A DNA stretch of 64,000 nucleotides from Candidatus Omnitrophota bacterium (GCA_016935525.1 JAFGQU010000022.1:12471-76470); one strand, 5' to 3'; shown: positions 28,572-37,081, counted from the stretch's first letter. Numbers and translations are program-made. The notes: generated by a model not told the origin, from the letters alone.

Positions 28572-28668
28572 CAAAAAAAAACGTTTCACTGCACCCCACC
28601 CGGTGTAATGAAACGTCTTTGTTTTTTTACCACTTTGTATACACAGTAAACAATCGTTATTTACTGTG
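28572..28668 (-). promoter_or_regulatory. ANTAR dual-hairpin plus overlapping terminator (porin-amtB-glnK leader)
   Basis: P1 CACAGTAAAT-AACGATT-GTTTACTGTG; P2 AAAC-AAAGAC-GTTT; terminator ACGTTTCATTACACC-gggtgg-GGTGCAGTGAAACGT followed by a long T-run. Confidence 0.82.
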
Positions 28669-28676
28669 CGTTCAAC

Positions 28677-28709
28677 TATACAAGTAACTGATTACCCGCT
28701 TTGGTAACC
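28677..28709 (-). promoter_or_regulatory. Bipartite motif GGTTACCAAA-N12-TTACTTGTATA, copy 2
   Basis: Starts 1 nt after the sigma-factor stop codon; identical boxes to 23946-23978. Confidence 0.75.
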
Positions 28710-28710
28710 G

Positions 28711-29244
28711 TTAACTCAATAAAAGTTCGTGAGCTATATACGCGTACTTATGTTTGATCTTTTTGCCCGTCTTTACTACCATTACATGAGAGATTCCCAG
28801 AGTTTCTCCGATTTCCCGGGTAGTAAATCCGTCTAACTGCATCATAAAGATGTTCCGTTCCCGTACAGTAAGTACAGGCGTGATCTCGCCTAACAGCAGA
28901 TGAGCGTCGATCCAATGAACGGGAAATCCGTCATTCCTGTCCGGTATTTTCTTGTTCAGCGAGTCATGCCCGGTATGTTCAGATTCGGCATCCAGGCTTA
29001 ATGAGACCTTATCCAGAGATCTATACGTTTTCCGAATATAGTTTTTCAGAAAATAATAGCAGTTTTGCAAAATATAACTGTCGGTCTTATTGTTCCAGAA
29101 CCCGGTCATGTTTTGTTCCCAAAGGTGGGTAGAAGCTTCCTGATAGAGATCCTGTTCGTCAAAATAGGTATACCGATTATTGAGTTTATGCGTGATTGCT
29201 TTTAATTTAGGATTCAGTTTGACTATTAATTCTTCGAACTTCAT
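28711..29244 (-). CDS. Alternative (ECF/SigH-like) sigma-70 family RNA polymerase sigma factor
   Basis: 177 aa; region 2 DEQDLYQEASTHLW; region 4 LTVRERNIF...GFTTREIGETLGISHVMV; AAGGAGG RBS. Confidence 0.9.
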   Translation of the reverse strand: MKFEELIVKLNPKLKAITHKLNNRYTYFDEQDLYQEASTHLWEQNMTGFWNNKTDSYILQNCYYFLKNYIRKTYRSLDKVSLSLDAESEHTGHDSLNKKIPDRNDGFPVHWIDAHLLLGEITPVLTVRERNIFMMQLDGFTTREIGETLGISHVMVVKTGKKIKHKYAYIAHELLLS

Positions 29245-29256
29245 AGGTACCTCCTT

Positions 29257-29403
29257 AAAAAATAAAAACCCTCATCAAGCTGTCATCGCTTAATGAGGGC
29301 GTCGTTGCCGCTTTTGGAGTTTTCCGGGGCCGTAAAAAAGAAAAACCCCAAATTACTTTGGGGCATCTTTGCCTAAACCCGTTTCTACCTACATTGTAGA
29401 AAC
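29257..29403 (-). promoter_or_regulatory. Tandem ANTAR attenuators (3 hairpins, 2 terminators) in the sigma-factor leader
   Basis: GTTTCTAC-AATGTAG-GTAGAAAC; GGC-AAAGAT-GCC overlapping CCCCAAA-gtaa-TTTGGGG-TTTTTCTTTTTT; GGC-AACGAC-GCC overlapping CCCTCATTAAGC-gatgaca-GCTTGATGAGGG-TTTTTATTTTTT. Confidence 0.85.
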
Positions 29404-29431
29404 TATTCTTGTATTAAAGATACCATTAATC

Positions 29432-30541
29432 TCAGGACATGTCAAGTATTTTTTCGGCAATCGCCAGCGCCGCCGTAAGTCCCGGCGATTCAATACCGAT
29501 AAGGTTAATAAACCCGGGAAAACCCTGGTCCGACTCTTCTTTTATCACAAAATCCCTGAAATCCTCGTGTTCAGCCTGTAATTTGGGCCTGATCCCGGCA
29601 GTATCACCGATAAGCTCCGCTATGGTCACCTCCGGCAGGAACTTCTTTATTTCCTCGTAAAACCGCTGTTTTTGGCCGATATCGACGGTATAATCGATTT
29701 CCCGGCAATAATAGGAATCCGGCCCTACCCGCAATCCTCCGGCCATATCGGGAGTAATATGGATACCCAGTGAAACACCTGTCGCCGGCGGATAAATAAG
29801 ACGAGCTATTGAATATTTTTGCGGATTACCAAGACGGAAATATTGCCCTTTACAATAGTGGATCTTGTAATGATTTCGTTCAATATCTATCCCTGCTAAA
29901 GAAGCTATGTTATCGCTGTGAAGGCCGCCGCAATTTATGATTTTTTCTGCCTGGAAAGCGAATTCTGTTCCTTGCGGCTCTTTTACAGTCACGGTATAAC
30001 CGGAAGACTCTTTCCGGATACGGACCACTTCGGTAGAAAATGAAAATACGACACCACGATCGAGCGCGGTTTGATAAAGAAACTGCATGTATGAATGAGA
30101 ATCGATGATCCCCGATTCCGGCGAAAATAACGCGGTGCGGGCATTCACATCCGGCGCATACGAGGAGATTTCTTTTCTACTAAGATACCGTAACGTGGTG
30201 ATCCCGCACTGGATGACATTTTGGAAAATATCTTCGATTTTCGCTTCTTCGGCCCGGTCGGCGGCAATGATGAGTTTACCGGTTTTCCGGTAAGGGATAC
30301 GGTTCTTTTTACACAATTGGTAAAGAAGTTCTTTACCGCGGACGCAGCAAGTAAGTTTCAGCGACCCCGGACGATAATATAACCCGGCATGGATGACCTC
30401 CGAATTACGCGAACTGGTTTCCTGACCGAAAGAAGCGTTTTCCTCAATAACCACTATAGAGGTATTTTCTTCAGCTAGTTTCGCAGCACAACTTAACCCG
30501 ATAATACCCGCTCCGATAATGACAGTATCGACTTTTTCCAT
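29432..30541 (-). CDS. FAD-dependent oxidoreductase, L-2-hydroxyglutarate oxidase (LhgO)-like
   Basis: IIGAGIIG, ETSSRNSEVIHAGLYY, KGQYF, LGIHIT, AGIRPKL, GIESPGLTA. Confidence 0.85.
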   Translation of the reverse strand: MEKVDTVIIGAGIIGLSCAAKLAEENTSIVVIEENASFGQETSSRNSEVIHAGLYYRPGSLKLTCCVRGKELLYQLCKKNRIPYRKTGKLIIAADRAEEAKIEDIFQNVIQCGITTLRYLSRKEISSYAPDVNARTALFSPESGIIDSHSYMQFLYQTALDRGVVFSFSTEVVRIRKESSGYTVTVKEPQGTEFAFQAEKIINCGGLHSDNIASLAGIDIERNHYKIHYCKGQYFRLGNPQKYSIARLIYPPATGVSLGIHITPDMAGGLRVGPDSYYCREIDYTVDIGQKQRFYEEIKKFLPEVTIAELIGDTAGIRPKLQAEHEDFRDFVIKEESDQGFPGFINLIGIESPGLTAALAIAEKILDMS

Positions 30542-30570
30542 GACGGTTTATTATATCAAAGCAATCGTAT

Positions 30571-30609
30571 AAAAAAACGCCTCTTCCGGTAAAAGAAGAG
30601 GCGTTTTTT
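30571..30609. terminator. Bidirectional intrinsic terminator after the FMN glutamate synthase gene
   Basis: AAAAAAACGCCTCTTC-cggtaaaa-GAAGAGGCGTTTTTT. Confidence 0.85.
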
Positions 30610-30631
30610 GTCAAACCGCACGTGGTGCGGT

Positions 30632-32272
30632 TTATGATTTCAATATTGTTTTGGCGATCTCGTCGTTCTTATCGGCGATAAACGTAATTCCCGTCTCTTT
30701 TGCCGTTTCCCGGTTTGCCGCATAGATATCGTCCCGAGAGATCTCTTTTAACGAGAATTTCCGTGCCCCGGCCATCAATTGTTGCAATCCGGCAGCAAGC
30801 TTATCGGCTAATGTCCAGGCAGCGATAGCTCCGCAGGGAATATTTTTCATCTCATCTTTACCGACTTTTTTCTGGACATCATAATAACCGGCAAAGATCT
30901 CATCGGGAGTCGTCCCGAATTCGGTCACACTCGACGGCAATTTATCCCAGTTCCCGTTGAGTTTCTCTCTTTTTTCGGGACTTACTACCCCTTCGATATT
31001 TGACCCTAAAAATCCCGGAATCATCAGCGACCGGCCCATACAGACCAGTTTGGTAAATGGAGCGCCTAACGCTAACGCTTTAAAGATCTGGTCTTCTCTC
31101 GCCAACCCTCCGGCAAACGCCATGTCCACGACTTTTTCTCCTTTATCGGCAAGAAGTTTTGCGTATTCATAGGCTTTAGAGTGTAACACTACCGATGGGA
31201 CTCCCCAACTTTCCATCATGTTCCAAGGGCTCATTCCCGTCCCTCCGCCGGAACCGTCGATAGTGAGCAGGTCGAGTTGAGCCTGAGTTGCGTATTTGAT
31301 CGACATGGCTAACGCTTCCATACCGTAAGAACCGGTTTTAAGCGATATGCGTTTATACCCTAATTTCCGCAGGTATTCCACCGATTTCATGAAATTTTCC
31401 CGCACGGAATCACGGGATGCGAGGCTGGTATACCCCAGGCGGCTATGCCGGGCAAAGGAACGGATCGCTTTATGATTGAACGCTTCCTGTACCTCTTTAC
31501 GGGTCGGATCAGGATCGACCACGTATCCTCTTTCTTTAAGAAACAGGGCATAATCGAGGCTGGTCACCTGGATTTCTCCGCCGATATCTTTTGCGCCCTG
31601 GCCCCATTTAAGTTCGATAATGACTTTATCTCCGTATTTCTCAATTACGTATTCGGCGACACCGTTACGGGTATCTTCGACATTAAGCTGGACGATAATC
31701 GCGCCGTAACCGTCGTGATATTTCAAAAATATGTCGATACGACGGTCGAGTTCCGGAGCTTTAATGATCTTCCCTTTTTTGATTTCTGAGGATTTATCGA
31801 CACCGACCACGTTTTCTCCGATTACAATCGGATATCCTACCAATGCCGCGCCGATTGCGAATGAATCCCAATATTTCGCGGCAATAAATGTCGATCCTAG
31901 TGCTCCGGTCATCACCGGTACCCGAAACTTGGTTTTCATCTTCGCTCCGAATTCTCCTCCAAGATGTACATTAGGGAAAATACAATCGTCTTCTGATTCG
32001 GTCAGCCCTTTGGGCAGGCCTTTTGCGCCATAATTGTATCCGTCAATACGTAAAGAATTATAAGAAACGCCTACGTGACTGGTATTAGAACTTCCGGCCG
32101 TAACGGTTCCGAAATCACGCGGGTAAAGGACTTTTCTTCCCTGTAAACTGGATAACCAGGTTTCGCATTTACCTTTACAATCGGCACGGCAAAGAGTACA
32201 AAGACCTGATTCCGCCGGATTGCCCCGGTTGATCGTCCCAAGGGCGTCATTACTTTTGGGCCATTGAATCAT
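30632..32272 (-). CDS. Stand-alone FMN-binding glutamate synthase family protein
   Basis: N-terminal CTLCRADCKGKC; IELKWGQGAKDIGGE; IDGSGGGTGMSP; FKALALGAP; no amidotransferase domain. Confidence 0.88.
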   Translation of the reverse strand: MIQWPKSNDALGTINRGNPAESGLCTLCRADCKGKCETWLSSLQGRKVLYPRDFGTVTAGSSNTSHVGVSYNSLRIDGYNYGAKGLPKGLTESEDDCIFPNVHLGGEFGAKMKTKFRVPVMTGALGSTFIAAKYWDSFAIGAALVGYPIVIGENVVGVDKSSEIKKGKIIKAPELDRRIDIFLKYHDGYGAIIVQLNVEDTRNGVAEYVIEKYGDKVIIELKWGQGAKDIGGEIQVTSLDYALFLKERGYVVDPDPTRKEVQEAFNHKAIRSFARHSRLGYTSLASRDSVRENFMKSVEYLRKLGYKRISLKTGSYGMEALAMSIKYATQAQLDLLTIDGSGGGTGMSPWNMMESWGVPSVVLHSKAYEYAKLLADKGEKVVDMAFAGGLAREDQIFKALALGAPFTKLVCMGRSLMIPGFLGSNIEGVVSPEKREKLNGNWDKLPSSVTEFGTTPDEIFAGYYDVQKKVGKDEMKNIPCGAIAAWTLADKLAAGLQQLMAGARKFSLKEISRDDIYAANRETAKETGITFIADKNDEIAKTILKS

Positions 32273-32336
32273 AACAACCTCCTCTTCTTGTATGGGTAAT
32301 AATTATGCGTATTTTGCCTGTATTTCAGGCATCCGT

Positions 32337-32421
32337 AAAAAATAAAAAACGTCCTTCCTCCTGAAAGAAAGGACGTCGTTGTCCTATTGATTTACTATAT
32401 CAATATCGTTTATGCTGTCAA
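32337..32421 (-). promoter_or_regulatory. Sigma70-like promoter, ANTAR hairpin(s) and terminator in the FMN-GOGAT leader
   Basis: TTGACA-16-TATAGT; ATTGAT-ATAGTAA-ATCAAT; AGGAC-AACGAC-GTCCT overlapping ACGTCCTTTCT-ttcagg-AGGAAGGACGT-TTTTTATTTTTT. Confidence 0.78.
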
Positions 32422-32435
32422 GGGGATTATTAAAC

Positions 32436-32590
32436 AGCGGATAGCGTAGAGCGATTAGCGGACAGATGGAAAATCCCGATCAAATCCAAAGCGCTAAATT
32501 CAAAAAAGGTATTCGCTTTCCCCATTAGGATTTCGGATTTAGAATTTTGGATTTTTAAGCCTGTGACGTGTGACCTTATGTCTATGTGAC
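32436..32590. repeat. Composite heptamer repeat region (AGCGGAT; AAATCC/GGATTT inverted; TGTGAC)
   Basis: Three degenerate repeat families adjacent in one intergenic gap. Confidence 0.7.
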
Positions 32591-34003
32591 CTATTTCTTC
32601 AGATATTCAAGGATAGCTCGAGCCGCTTTCTTTGCCATACCCATCGCTTCGATGACCGTGCCTTCGCCACCGACGATATCTCCTCCGGCATACACCCCCG
32701 GAATCGATGTCTGCATACTGTCCGGGTCGACCGTAATATCACCGTGGGTATCGGTAGATAATTCCGGAGTGACCCGTAACAGGACTTGATTGGCTTTTAG
32801 GCCTACGGCCAGAATCGCTCCTTCACAGGGTATTTCAAACTCACTGCCGGCGATGGCCAGGGGCCGACGTCTTCCTGATGAATCTGGTACACCCAATTCG
32901 CACCGTTGACAGATCGCTTTTTCAATATACCCTTGGCTCCCTTTGAATGCGACCGGTTGCGTGAGGAATTCGAACTGGATGCCTTCTTCACGGGCATGAT
33001 GGATCTCAAGCCGGCGTGCCGGCATTTCTATTTCGGTACGGCGATAAAGGATCTTTACTGACGGAGCATACCCGGCAATGGATTGTAACCGTAATGCGAC
33101 TCTTGCCGCATCCATAGCGGTATTGCCTCCGCCGATTACGACCATCTGTTTTCCTATATTTACCGGAGTCGCGTAGTGAGGGAATTTGTAGGCATTCATA
33201 AGGTTCACCCGGGTAAGGAATTCATTTGCCGAATACACATTACAGAGATTTTCACCGGGGATACCTAAAAATGTCGGAACACCGGCCCCTAATCCTAAAA
33301 AGATCGCCGAATACCCTTCATCCCACAGGTCGGGAATAGTTTTAATTTGACCGATGATGGAATCAGTGATGATCTCTACTCCCAGTTTTTTTATATACTC
33401 TATCTCTACGTCAAGTATGTCGACCGGCAGACGAAACGGCGGTATCCCGTAACACAATACCCCGCCGGCACGGTGAAGACTTTCAAATACAGTCACCTGT
33501 ACTCCCTGGCGGGCTAATTCTCCGGCACAACATAATCCGGCAGGGCCGGAACCGACTACGGCGACTTTACATCTCTTTAGATGTTCTTGTTGCCGGATGG
33601 GGACATCTATGGTGTTTTTTATTCCGTAATCTCCGAGGAACCGTTCCAAAAAATGGATATTGATCGCGTTCTTTGACGCAAACGGTTCTCCTTTTTTTGT
33701 GAGTACGCACGCCCGGCGACATTGATATTCAGCCGGGCATACCCGGCCGCAGATAGACGGGAAATTGTTTTTTTGACGGATAGTCAAATACGCCTGAGCA
33801 TACTCTTTACGGGTAATCTGGAATATGAATTTTTTAATATCGATTCCTACCGGGCACCCTTCGCTACAGGTGGGGTTTTTACATTGAAGACAACGGGCGG
33901 CTTCAGCTAAAGCTTCTTCTTCGGTGTAGAGGCCGACTACTTCGTTGAAATCTTTTATCCGTTGCTGAGGGGCAATCTCTTGTGGGTGTATAGTTTCTTT
34001 CAT
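32591..34003 (-). CDS. GltD-like flavo-FeS subunit (NfnB/SudA type)
   Basis: EAARCLQCKNPTCSEGCPV, CGRVCP, VYSANEFLTRVNLM, IGGGNTAMDAAR, TVIEAMG. Confidence 0.88.
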   Translation of the reverse strand: MKETIHPQEIAPQQRIKDFNEVVGLYTEEEALAEAARCLQCKNPTCSEGCPVGIDIKKFIFQITRKEYAQAYLTIRQKNNFPSICGRVCPAEYQCRRACVLTKKGEPFASKNAINIHFLERFLGDYGIKNTIDVPIRQQEHLKRCKVAVVGSGPAGLCCAGELARQGVQVTVFESLHRAGGVLCYGIPPFRLPVDILDVEIEYIKKLGVEIITDSIIGQIKTIPDLWDEGYSAIFLGLGAGVPTFLGIPGENLCNVYSANEFLTRVNLMNAYKFPHYATPVNIGKQMVVIGGGNTAMDAARVALRLQSIAGYAPSVKILYRRTEIEMPARRLEIHHAREEGIQFEFLTQPVAFKGSQGYIEKAICQRCELGVPDSSGRRRPLAIAGSEFEIPCEGAILAVGLKANQVLLRVTPELSTDTHGDITVDPDSMQTSIPGVYAGGDIVGGEGTVIEAMGMAKKAARAILEYLKK

Positions 34004-34009
34004 ATTACT

Positions 34010-34160
34010 AATATAAATGTTCAATGTAAAATTAGCATTTAGCAATTAGCAATGTGAAATTCGGAAATTCTCTTATTTCTTCCATTGCTAAATGAAAATT
34101 GCTAATTGATCATTGATAATTTTTCTTACTCTATACGCTTACCGCTATCCGCTATTCGCT
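34010..34160. repeat. Inverted heptamer array (TTAGCAA/TTGCTAA) plus a CGCTATC array entering the 3' end of the nfnA-like gene
   Basis: attagcatttagcaattagcaatg ... cattgctaaatgaaaattgctaatt; cgcttaccgctatccgctattcgct. Confidence 0.7.
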
Positions 34161-34989
34161 GTAAATTACAGATATGTTTCTCTTTTTTTTCGTACATCTT
34201 ACTGCGCTGGAAGAGTTCGTCCCAATCGACCAAGTGGGCATCGAATTCCGGCCCGTCAATACATGCGAATTTTGTTTCTTTATCTACCGTGACCCGGCAA
34301 CATCCGCACATGCCGGTCGCATCGACCATAAGCGCGTTAAGCGAGACTATAGTCTTGAGTGAATATCTTTCGGTAATCTCGGTGACTTTTTTCATCATCG
34401 CAACCGGCCCGACCGCATAGGCTAGATGGTAAGGAGTATTGTTATGGTTTTTCTCAAGAAGACGAAGAAGGACATCGGTCACCAATCCTTTCTCTCCTGT
34501 GGAGCCGTCATCGGTCGTGGCAAAAAACTCATCGGATAGGCCTTGAAGTTCTTTTCTTAAAATAAACAGGTCTTGACTACGTGCTCCGATAATAGTAGTG
34601 ATCTGATTCCCGATGTGTTTTAAAGCCCGGGTTACCGGATATACCTCGGCAATCCCTACTCCTCCCCCGATAATGAGTATCCTCCCGAATTTCTTGATCT
34701 GGGTAGGGGTCCCTAAAGGGCCGGCAAGGCTGAATACCGTTTCCCCGATACCCAGTTCTCCCAGTTTTCCCGTAGAATATCCGGCGTGTTGAAAAATAAG
34801 AGTGATCGTCCCGGTTTCTTTATCGCTCTCCACTATGGTCAACGGGATCCGTTCGCCGGTCGCGGTGGGAATCACTACTACGAATTGTCCGGGGCGGGCT
34901 TTTTGGGCGATAAGCGGAGCAATGATACGCAATTGAGTGATTCGCAGGGGATCTTTCCGGATGAGTTCTTTTTTATCGATAATCTTCAT
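34126..34989 (-). CDS. FAD/NAD-binding [2Fe-2S] subunit (NfnA/SudB/PyrK type)
   Basis: PGQFV, GERIPLTI, GPLG, GGGVGIA, TDDGS.G, MVDATGMCGCCRV, FACIDGPEFD. Confidence 0.9.
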   Translation of the reverse strand: MKIIDKKELIRKDPLRITQLRIIAPLIAQKARPGQFVVVIPTATGERIPLTIVESDKETGTITLIFQHAGYSTGKLGELGIGETVFSLAGPLGTPTQIKKFGRILIIGGGVGIAEVYPVTRALKHIGNQITTIIGARSQDLFILRKELQGLSDEFFATTDDGSTGEKGLVTDVLLRLLEKNHNNTPYHLAYAVGPVAMMKKVTEITERYSLKTIVSLNALMVDATGMCGCCRVTVDKETKFACIDGPEFDAHLVDWDELFQRSKMYEKKEKHICNLQRIADSGKRIE

Positions 34990-34994
34990 CAGTA

Positions 34995-35474
34995 TCAAAA
35001 CGATGTGGTGAAAAACCTATCCATACCCGACAAAATGCCTTTTGTCGTCAACGTCACAATAATACCGGCGATCATGATGCCGATAATGATTCCGCACAAT
35101 GCTTTCGCAAACCGGAATTTAAGCAGGGCGGCGACCAGGGTCCCGGTCCAGGCTCCGGTCGTAGGGAAAGGTATGGCGACAAACATGACCAGCCCGATAA
35201 ACCCGTAGGTACGGACAAAATCTGATTTTAATTCGATCCGTCGGTTCCACCAGTGGAAAAACCTTCCGGCGAGAGGTACGTTTTGCAATACATCGAACAT
35301 AACCTTATAAAAGAAAAACAGAGGGATTACCGGCAGGATATTACCGAAAATTGACAACCAGTAACTTTCCAGAGTTGAGATCCCTTGCGCTAACGCATAG
35401 GGGATAGCACCTCTCAATTCAAGAATGGGAGACGCCGCGATAAGAATAGTGATAAGTTTAGTTTCCGGGAGCAT
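34995..35474 (-). CDS. Putative small multi-drug export family membrane protein
   Basis: PILELRGAIP, FVAIPFPTTGAWTG. Confidence 0.85.
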   Translation of the reverse strand: MLPETKLITILIAASPILELRGAIPYALAQGISTLESYWLSIFGNILPVIPLFFFYKVMFDVLQNVPLAGRFFHWWNRRIELKSDFVRTYGFIGLVMFVAIPFPTTGAWTGTLVAALLKFRFAKALCGIIIGIMIAGIIVTLTTKGILSGMDRFFTTSF

Positions 35475-36102
35475 ATTTACCAATTAACGGAACAAAAATG
35501 CATCCTCCGGCCGATGTTCTCTCGGACTTTCCGGTAGGAGTCTTCTTTAAGATCGTCAGGGTCTGCTGGAATGATTCTCCTACGGGCATGATCAGGGTGC
35601 CGGGTGAGCTCAACTGTTCGATCAACGGTTGAGGGATAACGGTTGCGGCGGCGGTCACGATGATTTTATCGTAAGGGGAATGTTCCGGCCAGCCTTCGGT
35701 CCCGTCATCGACCTTTAAAGATACATTAAGTTTGAGTGTTTTTAATATCTTTTCGGCTTTTTCAGCCAACTCCGGTATACGTTCGACACTATACACGCTA
35801 CATCCGATTGCCGCTAAAATCGCGGTTTGATAACCGCTGCCGGTGCCGATTTCCAATACCTTGTCAGAAGATCCCAGGTCAAGCAATTCAGTCATAAGCG
35901 CGACGATATAAGGCTGAGATATCGTCTGGTCATATCCGATAGAAAGCGGCCGGTCAGTATAAGCGTCCGGCATAAGGATATCGGGAACAAAATATTCCCG
36001 GGGAACACTCAAAAAAGCATCTACTACTTTTTTATTTTTAATCCCTCTTGATTGGAGTTGTTCTTTTACCATTTGTTGGCGTAGGAGTGTATATCCGGAC
36101 AT
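35458..36102 (-). CDS. pcm: Protein-L-isoaspartate O-methyltransferase
   Basis: QTISQPYIVA, VLEIGTGSGYQTA, PYDKIIVTAA, FVPL. Confidence 0.95.
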   Translation of the reverse strand: MSGYTLLRQQMVKEQLQSRGIKNKKVVDAFLSVPREYFVPDILMPDAYTDRPLSIGYDQTISQPYIVALMTELLDLGSSDKVLEIGTGSGYQTAILAAIGCSVYSVERIPELAEKAEKILKTLKLNVSLKVDDGTEGWPEHSPYDKIIVTAAATVIPQPLIEQLSSPGTLIMPVGESFQQTLTILKKTPTGKSERTSAGGCIFVPLIGKYAPGN

Positions 36103-36104
36103 AA

Positions 36105-36773
36105 TTACTGGTTCAGTATTGCCAGGAAAAAAAAACGTAAAAAACGGATGGTGTCGATGATCGGCTTGATCTTACTGGAAGAATCTTTATGATAGATACT
36201 CTGGATAGGAATCGACTTGATCCGGATATTATTACGGACGGCTTTAATAAGAAATTCCGAATCGACTTCAAAGTTCTCCGTTTCAATAGGTATTTTTTCC
36301 AGGACTTCCCGTTTTATCAGACGAAATCCGCATTGGGTATCGGGGATATGTTGTTTGATCAAAGCCGAAATCAGCCAGGACATGAACCGGTTGGTGAGCA
36401 CGCGGTCAAACGGCATCCCTTGAGGGTTATTCATCCGGTTACCTAATACGAATTTTTCTCCCTGATGAGCTTGGTATAAAAACCCTTTTACATCGGAAGC
36501 AGCGTGTTGACGGTCGGCATCCATAGTGATCACGTAATCAAACTCTTCGTTATCAAAAAGATACTGGACGGCATTTTTTAAGGATTGGCCTTTTCCCAGA
36601 TTTTCTGAATTACGTAATACGGTTACTCCGGCGGATTGAGCGATCTGAGCCGTCTCATCGGTAGAACCGTCATCAACGACCAGAATAGATAATTCTGTCT
36701 GTTGCAGTTCTTCTAAGACCAGCCCTAAGCTATTCGCTTCGTTATAGGCAGGAATAACAGCCCATACTTTCAT
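36105..36773 (-). CDS. GT2 polyprenol-phosphate glycosyltransferase (DPM1-like)
   Basis: VIPAYNEA, VVDDGSTD, NLGKG, TMDADRQH, DTQCGFR. Confidence 0.9.
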   Translation of the reverse strand: MKVWAVIPAYNEANSLGLVLEELQQTELSILVVDDGSTDETAQIAQSAGVTVLRNSENLGKGQSLKNAVQYLFDNEEFDYVITMDADRQHAASDVKGFLYQAHQGEKFVLGNRMNNPQGMPFDRVLTNRFMSWLISALIKQHIPDTQCGFRLIKREVLEKIPIETENFEVDSEFLIKAVRNNIRIKSIPIQSIYHKDSSSKIKPIIDTIRFLRFFFLAILNQ

Positions 36774-36794
36774 AATGGATCTTTCCACATTATA

Positions 36795-37047
36795 GGTCAC
36801 ATGTCACATAGTCCCACGACACACGTTACTTTGACTTTATTCGGATACGGTTAGATTTCAATCACCAATAACCAAGATATATCTTTTAAATCCTAAATTC
36901 TAACCCCTAAATCCTAAACAAATTCGAAATGGGGAAAATCCAAAACAATACCACTGAGACCAAAAATCAAAAATATATCAATATTTTGGGTTTGGGATGT
37001 ATGATTTAGGATTTGCTTAGAGCCTAGGATTTTGGATTTAGGATTTA
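36795..37047. repeat. GTCACA array plus inverted heptamer arrays (AAATCCT / AGGATTT)
   Basis: ggtcacatgtcacatagtc; aaatcctaaattctaacccctaaatcctaaa ... gatttaggatttgcttag...ggattttggatttaggattt. Confidence 0.75.
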
Positions 37048-37081
37048 AACTGTGATTAGTCATTATCTGGTTATTTATTCC

